64,000 bases of DNA from a bacterium (GTDB taxonomy: Bacteria; SAR324; JACQKK01), in contig OZ251219.1 of assembly GCA_965240465.1 (NCBI GenBank), positions 384,001-448,000 on the forward strand, in the 5' to 3' direction. The notes beneath the pieces are model-generated. The model was given only the letters and a program-made list of their open reading frames with translations, was not told the DNA's origin and did not search any database. How positions within the stretch are numbered: position 1 is the stretch's first letter; each line of letters begins with the position of its first letter. The translations under genes were made by a program, and so were the position numbers. This document shows, piece after piece, positions 56,554 through 64,000 of the stretch.

Positions 56554-57387
56554 ATGAGAACATTACTGCTAACCCTATCACTTGTATTCACTACTACTGC
56601 CATCGCCCAAGATGCAGAGATCAAACTGCTGGAAAAAATTGCCCAGCAAGGAAATGCTGCCATGCAATTTATCTTGGGACTACAGTATGAAATGGAAGCC
56701 CAAGATTATGAAAAAGCCGTTGAGTGGTATCAAAAATCTGCCGAGCAAGGCGATTCCGATGCTCAATCCAGACTGGGTAAGCTATATGCCACTGGCAGGG
56801 GAGTCCCCAGGGACTACCAAAAAGCCCTAGCTTGGCTAGAAAAAGCCGCTCGTCAAAATGATGCCGAAGCCCAGTTCAATTTGGGAGTAATGTATCAATT
56901 TGGCTTGGGGGTGCAAGAGAACTATCTTAAGGTTGAGAAATGGTGGAAAGCAGCTGCCAAACGAGGCTCTGCCAAAGCTCAATTTAATTTGGGGGTGTTG
57001 TACAGTCAGGGCGATCATTTGAAGCAGAATTATCGCCTAGCTGCCAAATTATTTAAAAAGGCAGCCCGCCAAGATGTCTCCGAAGCAGCCTTTAATTTGG
57101 GGGTGATGTACCGCAACGGTCAAGGGGTTTCCAGAAATCTTGTTCTGGCTCTAAGTTTTTTTTATATTATCCACCCAAAAGGAAGTGAATTTGCACCAGA
57201 AAACCTAGCCGAAGAAATAGGAGCAGAATCAAAGCTACGATTAAAGGAGAAACTACCAGAAATACTCCTAGCAACAGTGCTGACTGAAGTAAAACTTTTA
57301 GAAAGTGAGCTTAATCAAAAAGCAATCGCCAAAGCCAAAAAATATGCTTATAAGTTCCGTAAAAAGTATCTATTAAAAAGCACCTGA
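56554..57387 (+). CDS. Secreted Sel1-like repeat protein 1
   Basis: Signal peptide (AIA-Q); repeats of AQFNLGVMY..G.GV, W..KAA.QG. Confidence 0.92.
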   Translation: MRTLLLTLSLVFTTTAIAQDAEIKLLEKIAQQGNAAMQFILGLQYEMEAQDYEKAVEWYQKSAEQGDSDAQSRLGKLYATGRGVPRDYQKALAWLEKAARQNDAEAQFNLGVMYQFGLGVQENYLKVEKWWKAAAKRGSAKAQFNLGVLYSQGDHLKQNYRLAAKLFKKAARQDVSEAAFNLGVMYRNGQGVSRNLVLALSFFYIIHPKGSEFAPENLAEEIGAESKLRLKEKLPEILLATVLTEVKLLESELNQKAIAKAKKYAYKFRKKYLLKST

Positions 57388-57498
57388 TAAAGAAAACTTG
57401 AGCATACTGGCTTAAATTAGAGACCGCCCGCCCATCTGCTCCAGCTTAGTTAAATCATCCCGATCCAGCTTTTCTTAACCTTCACTGGAACGCAAAAA

Positions 57499-59040
57499 AT
57501 GTACCTCTGGTGTCATCCTGTAAAATCATCAAAAACCAGGACGCAAAAAACCAGGACGCAGAAAACCAGGACGCAAAAAACCAGGACGCAAAAAACCAGG
57601 ACGCAGAAATTCCTGCTCCAGTTCCTGCTTCCAGGAGCATTGCTAGTAACTGCAGCGGGGGTGAGAGCTCAAGATACAAAGCTTAGCTACCAAGCTAGTC
57701 AGGGTCGTGCTCAAGCTCAAGCTGATCTGGGATTCATCTACGCCACTGGTTCGGGAGTGAACCAAGATTATGTTCTAGCTCGGGAATGGTTGAAAAAAGC
57801 AGCTCAACAGGGGCATGCCGAAGCTCAATACAACCTAGGCATGTTGCATGCACAAGGTCTGGGAGTGCCACAAAGCTACTCTGAAGCCTACTATTGGTAC
57901 CAAAAGGCAGCCCAGCAAGGCCACCCCGAAGCACAGACAAGTCTAGGATTGCTGTATCAAAAAGGGCTGGGTATTACTCCTAGCTACGTACCCATGGCTA
58001 GCATTGTTGTAGCTAGTGATTACCTCCAAGCCCGCCGCTGGTACCAAAAAGCCGCCCGTCAAGGACATCCTCCAGCTCAATTTAATCTGGGATTATTGTA
58101 TGCACTCGCTCTAGGAGTGCCTCAGGACTACACCACTGCAGCCCGTCTTTTCACCCTGGCAGCCAAGCAAGGACTGCCTGATGCCCAATACAACCTCGGT
58201 CTCTTGTACGCCAAAGGTTTAGGAGTAACTGAAAATTCCCGCCGAGCAGAGACCTGGTTTAGAGCTGCTGCTAATCAAAATTTTGCTAGAGCACAGTACA
58301 ACCTAGGATTATTGTTAAGCCCAGGATTAGGAACCTCCCCAAATAGAGTGAAAGCTGCTACCTGGATCATCCAAGCAGCCCAACAAGGATATCCCCCTGC
58401 CCAGCACCGCCTTGGCATTCTATACCTCAGAGGACTCGGAGTACCCCAAAATCGTCCGCTAGCAATCCAATGGATTGAAAAATCCGCCCAGGGAGGCTTC
58501 CCCGAAGCCCAATATGATTTCGGAGTGCTTTATCAAAAGGGCCTAGGCGTACCTGAAAATTTATCCCAGCTCCGTAAATGGCACCAAAAAGCAGCTCAAC
58601 AAGGGTACGACAAAGCCCAATACAGCTTGGGACGACTACTCCAAAAAGGCCAAGGAGGATTGAAAAACGTCCCCCGATCTGCCAAATGGTACCAAAAGGC
58701 CGCCCAACAAAAACATCCCAAAGCCCAATACCAGCTGGGTCTACTGTATGAGCTCGGCCATGGCGTACCCAAAGATGAAAAAAAGGCTACCCAGTTATTC
58801 AACGCCGCAGCCCGACAAGGAGATCGCAACGCCCAATACAAACTCGGCTTGCTTAGCTACATAGATAAAAACCAACCTGATAATGAATCTCAGGCCTTAA
58901 GCTTCTTTTATCTGGCTGAAGAACAAGGCAACCCTCAGGCAAAAAAAGGAGTCACCATACTGGAAAATAAACTGGACTATCAAAAAATCCTCCAAGCTCA
59001 ACGATTGTCTGCCAAATTCCAAACTCATTACCTAAAATAA
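57499..59040 (+). CDS. Secreted Sel1-like repeat protein 2 (about 11-12 repeats)
   Basis: Signal peptide ending VRA-QD; AQYNLG..Y..GLGV repeats. Confidence 0.92.
   Translation: MYLWCHPVKSSKTRTQKTRTQKTRTQKTRTQKTRTQKFLLQFLLPGALLVTAAGVRAQDTKLSYQASQGRAQAQADLGFIYATGSGVNQDYVLAREWLKKAAQQGHAEAQYNLGMLHAQGLGVPQSYSEAYYWYQKAAQQGHPEAQTSLGLLYQKGLGITPSYVPMASIVVASDYLQARRWYQKAARQGHPPAQFNLGLLYALALGVPQDYTTAARLFTLAAKQGLPDAQYNLGLLYAKGLGVTENSRRAETWFRAAANQNFARAQYNLGLLLSPGLGTSPNRVKAATWIIQAAQQGYPPAQHRLGILYLRGLGVPQNRPLAIQWIEKSAQGGFPEAQYDFGVLYQKGLGVPENLSQLRKWHQKAAQQGYDKAQYSLGRLLQKGQGGLKNVPRSAKWYQKAAQQKHPKAQYQLGLLYELGHGVPKDEKKATQLFNAAARQGDRNAQYKLGLLSYIDKNQPDNESQALSFFYLAEEQGNPQAKKGVTILENKLDYQKILQAQRLSAKFQTHYLK
57531..57609. 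repeat. 15-bp tandem repeat x5 (KTRTQ) in the signal-peptide n-region
   Basis: aaaaaccaggacgca units. Confidence 0.95.
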
Positions 59041-59103
59041 CCACCAGCAAAATACTCCCTCTAGCACCTCCTCCCAAATAAAATACATTAAGTAAAATAC
59101 ATC

Positions 59104-60168
59104 ATGAAATTATTGCTGTTCTTCATCCCCCTAGCCTGCTTCGCCCTAGGAGCATTCGCCCAAGATATTGAACTCGTTAAAAAAGCCGCCGCCGGAGATG
59201 CCAAATCTCAGTACTTTCTGGGAACCGTCTATCATCAAGGTCAGGAAGTACCTTGGAATCACACCAAAGCCGCCGAATGGTACCTAAAAGCAGCCCAGCA
59301 AGGACACGCAAAAGCCCAGTACAACTTGGCATTACTTTATGAAACAGGTATTGGAGTACCCCAAAATTATTCCCAGGCCGCTAAGTGGTACCAAGCATCA
59401 GCCAAAAGAAAATATGCCCCCGCCCAATACAACCTAGGACGATTCTATTTGCAAGGGCTCGGAGTAAGAAAAAATGCTAAATTAGCCCTCAGGTGGCTGA
59501 AAAAAGCTGCCAAACAGGGACATATTAAGGCTCAAGCTACCTTGGGTAATTTATATTCCGAAGGGCAAGACGTTAAGCAAAGTGATAAAAAAGCTGCCAA
59601 ATTCATGGAGAAAGCTGCCAAACAAGGCGATGCCGATACTCTGTTTAAGCTAGGAACAATCCATGAGTTCTCCCCTGATGAAGATAACCGAGCTCGCGAA
59701 TTGTACCAAAAAGCTGCCGAACAAGGACACGCCGATGCCCAATTCTACTTAGGAAGATTATATGCTCAAGGATCCCGAGTGCCTAAAAATATCCGAGTGG
59801 CCCGCATCTGGTACAAAAGAGCTGCTAATCAAGGTCACGCAGAAGCCCAACTTAACCTAGCCCTGCTGTATCTGGTAGGAAAAGACGTACTGAAAAACGA
59901 TTCCCAAGCCGCCAAATTGTTTGAAAAAGCAGCCCGTCAAGGTTTGTCTACCGCCCAATACAACCTGGGATTGCTCTACAGCCAAGGTCGGGGGCTTAGA
60001 AAAAGTAATGTCCGCGCCCTGAGTTTCTTTTACTTAGCTCAACTCCAAGGACATAACAATGCCAAAAATGCCGTCCTAGAACTGGAGGCTAAACTAGAAA
60101 ACCGATATATTATTAAAGCACAAAAAAAAGCCAACTCTTTTCAAAAAAAATACCTGAAAAGGAGATAA
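59104..60168 (+). CDS. Secreted Sel1-like repeat protein 3
   Basis: Signal peptide ending AFA-QD; about 8 Sel1 repeats. Confidence 0.92.
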   Translation: MKLLLFFIPLACFALGAFAQDIELVKKAAAGDAKSQYFLGTVYHQGQEVPWNHTKAAEWYLKAAQQGHAKAQYNLALLYETGIGVPQNYSQAAKWYQASAKRKYAPAQYNLGRFYLQGLGVRKNAKLALRWLKKAAKQGHIKAQATLGNLYSEGQDVKQSDKKAAKFMEKAAKQGDADTLFKLGTIHEFSPDEDNRARELYQKAAEQGHADAQFYLGRLYAQGSRVPKNIRVARIWYKRAANQGHAEAQLNLALLYLVGKDVLKNDSQAAKLFEKAARQGLSTAQYNLGLLYSQGRGLRKSNVRALSFFYLAQLQGHNNAKNAVLELEAKLENRYIIKAQKKANSFQKKYLKRR

Positions 60169-60207
60169 ACACCATAAATCCTCTCCCCTTAGCCCAATTC
60201 CCCCTTC

Positions 60208-60813
60208 ATGACCCGCCACCACCATAATAACTACACCAACGACCTCTACTCCAACCAAGCTAAACTAATGGGATATGCCGCTCGCTCGGCTTTCAAACTA
60301 ATAGAAGCTAACCAGAAGCATCGCTTGCTAAAATTAGGCATGCACGTGCTAGACCTAGGTTGTGCCCCAGGATCCTGGTGCCAATACGCCGCCCAACAAG
60401 TCGGCTCCCAAGGACAAATTATCGGCATTGACCTCAATCCAATAACCACTAAAATGCCTCCCCAAGTCACCTGCTACCAAGCCGACATCACCACCGATAT
60501 AACACCCCTGCTACATCCTCACGCCCCCTTTGATGTTATCCTCAGCGACCTCGCCCCCAATACCAGCGGAATACCAAAAGCTGATGCCGACCGCTCCCAC
60601 AAACTAGTGGAAACCGTACTGGAACTGACCGCCCTCTGGCTAAAACCACAAGGAACACTATTCGCCAAAGTATTTCAAGGCTCACATATGCCCGCACTCT
60701 ATGCTAAAATTCGGCAATGCTTCCAAAAAACTCGCACCCTCAAACCCAAATCATCACGCCCCCAAAGTGTGGAAATCTTCCTGCTGGGACTAAAATGGCA
60801 GGGGAAACTATAA
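60208..60813 (+). CDS. rlmE: 23S rRNA Um2552 methyltransferase RlmE/FtsJ
   Basis: RSAFKL, LDLGCAPGSW, SDLAPNTSG, KVFQG, KPKSSRPQS.E. Confidence 0.95.
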   Translation: MTRHHHNNYTNDLYSNQAKLMGYAARSAFKLIEANQKHRLLKLGMHVLDLGCAPGSWCQYAAQQVGSQGQIIGIDLNPITTKMPPQVTCYQADITTDITPLLHPHAPFDVILSDLAPNTSGIPKADADRSHKLVETVLELTALWLKPQGTLFAKVFQGSHMPALYAKIRQCFQKTRTLKPKSSRPQSVEIFLLGLKWQGKL

Positions 60814-62066
60814 CCTCCCTGCTCCTTGAACCACTGGGCGGCATCGCTGGCGATATGACCATCGCAGCTATTTTGCAGCTGGGAGTTGATCCCCATCGGC
60901 TAAAAACAGCCCTGGCAAGCCTGAAAATTAAAGGACTGGATTTCGAAACCAAGCTTGAATCCAGGCATGGCATCCAAGGATTACACTTCCGTCCATTACT
61001 AAAACAAAAATCAGGGCCGTCTAAGCCCAAACCCGATGCCACTAATCATCAGGGAAGAGCCGCGGCAGAACTATTGGAGGTGCTTGACCAATCTCAGCTG
61101 GAAAAGACTATCAAACAGCAGTCTCGGGCGGTTTTACAAAAATTAGCTGCCGCAGAAGGACGGGTGCATGGTATTTCTCCTGAAAAGGTGATCTTCCACG
61201 AGCTGGGAGGTTGGGATACGCTGGTAGATATTGTTTCGGTTTGTGTTGGCTTGGCAGCTCTTAAGGTAAGTCAGGTATACTGTGCTACCGTTCCTCTTGG
61301 ATCGGGTTGGGTGAATACTGCCCACGGTCGCATGCCCATCCCTGCCCCAGCTACCTTAGAACTAATGCAAGGATTTCTTGTGAGCAAGGGCGGTCCTGAA
61401 ATGGAACGCACTACCCCCACTGGAGCCGCCATCTTAGCAGCTCTAGCCCGACCAATTCCTCAGCCCTTTGTATTTACTCCCATCAAAATCGGCTGGGGAG
61501 TGGGAAGTACTCATCACCCCGATTTTCCCAATGTGCTACGAGCAATCCTTTGTCAGTCCCAGCAACCCGCCCCCTCAATCCCTCAACCCGCCCTCTCAAC
61601 CCCTCAACCCGCCCCAGACTGGCAGGAGGAAACCATCACTTGTGCCCAAACCAACCTAGACAATGCCAACCCCGAATGGCTAGGATGGCTCATGGAAAAA
61701 CTTTTTCAGGCGGGTGCTTTGGATGTCACCTACAGCCCCCTGCAAATGAAAAAAAACCGCCCCGGAACCTTGCTCCAAATTTGGTATCCCCCTCAAAAGC
61801 AACAGGAAATACTGGCTATCGTATTCACTGAATCCTCCACCCTAGGTATACGATACCAACATTGCCAGCGAGCCTTCCTCAACCGAACTTCCCTCACCCT
61901 GAATACCAAACTAGGAAAAATTAAAGGCAAACTCATCCACTGGCAAGGACAAAACCGCTTTACACCAGAATTTGAAGCTTGCCGACAACTGGCTCTAACC
62001 CACCAACTGCCCCTGCCCGAAATCTACGCTCAGGCACAACAAGCCTTTCTGAAACAACAAAAATAA
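60795..62066 (+). CDS. larC: Nickel pincer cofactor Ni insertase LarC
   Basis: GIAGDM, AEGRVHG, FHELG..D, AHGRMPIPAPAT, TPTGAA, TNLD, MKKNRPG, TLGIR, PEFE; likely start 60795. Confidence 0.92.
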   Translation: MAGETITSLLLEPLGGIAGDMTIAAILQLGVDPHRLKTALASLKIKGLDFETKLESRHGIQGLHFRPLLKQKSGPSKPKPDATNHQGRAAAELLEVLDQSQLEKTIKQQSRAVLQKLAAAEGRVHGISPEKVIFHELGGWDTLVDIVSVCVGLAALKVSQVYCATVPLGSGWVNTAHGRMPIPAPATLELMQGFLVSKGGPEMERTTPTGAAILAALARPIPQPFVFTPIKIGWGVGSTHHPDFPNVLRAILCQSQQPAPSIPQPALSTPQPAPDWQEETITCAQTNLDNANPEWLGWLMEKLFQAGALDVTYSPLQMKKNRPGTLLQIWYPPQKQQEILAIVFTESSTLGIRYQHCQRAFLNRTSLTLNTKLGKIKGKLIHWQGQNRFTPEFEACRQLALTHQLPLPEIYAQAQQAFLKQQK

Positions 62067-62087
62067 GTCCCCGCTAAGCCTAAATAC

Positions 62088-63779
62088 ATGACCCATCAAA
62101 AAAAATCTGACCGCAAACTGCTCCTAGCTAAGACCTCCGTCTTCCTGCTAGTACTACTGCTAGGATGGAAAACACAGCTCCAGGGACAGCAATTAGAAAA
62201 ATCACCCAAAAAAACCTTGCCCGTCCAAACCTTGTCCGTCCAAACCTTGTCCGTCCAAACCTTGTCCGTCCAAACCTTGTCCGTCCAAGACTTGTATCAG
62301 CAGGGCTACCGATTGCAGCAACAGCATCAAACAAAAGCTGCCATCAAGCTATACCTGCAAGCCCTGAAAAAAAATCCCCTACACCCACTCACTCACTATG
62401 AAATAGGATGGAGCTACTGGGTACTGGAAAATTGGAAATCCGCTGCCCAACATTGGAAAATAGCCCTGAAACTGAAAGCCCCTCACCCAGGACTGCCCGA
62501 TTATATTAAACGTGCCCTAGAAAATGATAATTCTGAAAAACTCAAGCGTCCCAGCATCAATACCAAAGTCAGTAAAAATGGAGTCTCCCTCCAACTCACT
62601 GCCCGACTCCAGCATCACACTCCCCAGCCCGAAAACCCCCTAGACCACTTTGATCCCCACCTGTTCTCACCTAAATCGGTGCAAATTCACCCCTCCAAAA
62701 AGAAAATCTACGTCCAAGCCCTAGAGGCTCAAGCTACCTTAGTCTACAACTCACACACCTTGGCTAAACTTAAGGTCATCAAACACCATTTTGGCAAAAA
62801 AGATGCCTCCCTATTTGATAACTCCGAAAATACTCAACTTTGGCAACGACTCCAAAAAGATGCTCCCCCTAATCTCAACCACTTCTCTGCTAAACCAGTA
62901 GAGGGAGTCTTTTCTCACCAGGGGCGTTATCTGTGGGTCTCACTCTATCGCCGTGACTATGATATCCAAGCTGCCCTGCCCTCGGCAGTTAGTATCATTG
63001 ATACTCGCACCGATAGCATAGTTAGAGTAATGGCTACCGCAGCCATCCCCAAGGCACTAGCAGTATCTCCCGATGGACTCCAACTCGCCATCGTACATTG
63101 GGGAGAAAATACCGTCGGGCTGGTGGACATCAGCCATAGCAACCCCCAACAATTCAAATACACAGCCATGATCGCAGTGGAAAAACCCTTCCGAGTTAGC
63201 ACCCAAGGTAAAAAACTCAACCGAGATCGCCACTGCGGACTCTGCCTCAGAGGAACAGTCTACAGCCCCGACGGTCGGTACTTGCTGGTATCGCAGATGA
63301 AAACAGGGGGAATCGCCATCTTGGACTTAAAAACCAAGCGATTAGTAAGTCAGGTCATCGGCATGCCCCATGCCCCAAGGCACTTGGTGCTTTCTCCCGA
63401 TGGTCAGTGGTTATTCATAGCTGCCAGCCGTAGCGGCACCATCAGCAAGTATAGATTGTCATCCTTGCTGGAAAACACCGCTCAAAAGCAGCAAAAACTA
63501 AAACCATGGGCTAATCTATACCTAGGATTGGGTATACGCACTCTTTGCATCACTACTGATGGCCGTTGGCTCTTGGCTGCGGTGAACCAAGAAAAACGCC
63601 TAGCGGTCATCAGTGCTACTCGTCTGGAACACCTGCTAAACATTGATGCCGACCCCTATCCTGTAGGGCTAGCAATCTCCCCAGATAATTCCCAAATATG
63701 GGCTACCGCCCAAGGACGAAATCTAAAAGGAGGAAACTCGGTGATGCGTTATCAGCTTACCATCCCCGACAGTCCTTAA
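62088..63779 (+). CDS. Exported TPR + YVTN/YncE-type beta-propeller protein
   Basis: Signal-like N-terminus, TPR pair (AIKLYLQALKKNP...HYEIGWSY), repeated SPDG blades. Confidence 0.8.
   Translation: MTHQKKSDRKLLLAKTSVFLLVLLLGWKTQLQGQQLEKSPKKTLPVQTLSVQTLSVQTLSVQTLSVQDLYQQGYRLQQQHQTKAAIKLYLQALKKNPLHPLTHYEIGWSYWVLENWKSAAQHWKIALKLKAPHPGLPDYIKRALENDNSEKLKRPSINTKVSKNGVSLQLTARLQHHTPQPENPLDHFDPHLFSPKSVQIHPSKKKIYVQALEAQATLVYNSHTLAKLKVIKHHFGKKDASLFDNSENTQLWQRLQKDAPPNLNHFSAKPVEGVFSHQGRYLWVSLYRRDYDIQAALPSAVSIIDTRTDSIVRVMATAAIPKALAVSPDGLQLAIVHWGENTVGLVDISHSNPQQFKYTAMIAVEKPFRVSTQGKKLNRDRHCGLCLRGTVYSPDGRYLLVSQMKTGGIAILDLKTKRLVSQVIGMPHAPRHLVLSPDGQWLFIAASRSGTISKYRLSSLLENTAQKQQKLKPWANLYLGLGIRTLCITTDGRWLLAAVNQEKRLAVISATRLEHLLNIDADPYPVGLAISPDNSQIWATAQGRNLKGGNSVMRYQLTIPDSP
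62212..62288. repeat. 15-bp tandem repeat x5 (TLSVQ) after the signal peptide
   Basis: aaaccttgtccgtcc units. Confidence 0.95.
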
Positions 63780-63926
63780 TCACTCCCGCCTTAATCACTT
63801 CTGCCCTAATCACTCCTCCCTAATCACTTCTGCCCTAATCACTCCTCCCTAATCACTTCTGCCCTAATCACTCCTCCCTAATCACTTCTGCCCTAATCAC
63901 TCCCGCCCTAATCACTCCCGCCCTAA
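63776..63926. repeat. 14/15-bp alternating tandem repeat (ctaatcacttctgcc / ctaatcactcctcc), about 10 units
   Basis: Directly visible, beginning at the stop codon of the upstream gene. Confidence 0.95.
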
Positions 63927-64000
63927 GTCAATTGATCCCTGATTGTTTCCTTTCAGGCGACCGATGATTTGTTTTTGGGGATTGCTATCCTTTTCTGGAA

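Noticed and set aside
63776-63926. Possible CRISPR array or iterons
   Set aside because: Contiguous 14-15 bp units without spacers; no cas or rep gene in view.
63927-64000. 3' end of a minus-strand gene at the window edge
   Set aside because: Too short to fix the frame or identify.

Overview
Bacterial chromosomal window, mostly minus-strand genes, from an aerobic diderm. It is probably not a spirochaete and may be host-associated (both inferred from gene content only). Housekeeping content: a partial type II secretion cluster (gspL-M-N, mltG, gspF-G-H-I-J), ugd, a caa3-type cytochrome c oxidase operon, mraY, rpsB-tsf-pyrH-frr, secA, ahcY, an AddAB-like pair, wcaJ, an ACP-FAAL-PlsC fusion, tRNA-Pro(CGG), folC, lnt, pyrC, rdgB, a prepilin peptidase, comEC, three Sel1-repeat proteins, rlmE and larC. 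The most notable locus is 8317-16077. Two divergent paralogs of the Treponema-type cytoplasmic filament protein CfpA flank three genes: a full-length PPDK-like protein that keeps its phospho-histidine but has lost most ATP- and PEP-site residues, a small protein with an apparent HPr fold retaining the His15 equivalent, and one unknown gene. This is a candidate phosphorelay-controlled cytoskeletal system. Also present: a Panacea (PanA) antitoxin paired with a small 2-TM putative toxin, two decayed HNH nuclease remnants, a very high density of short tandem duplications (in-frame inside genes, other periods between genes), and apparent kb-scale flips of strand skew. All family assignments come from motif recognition by eye; no searches were run.
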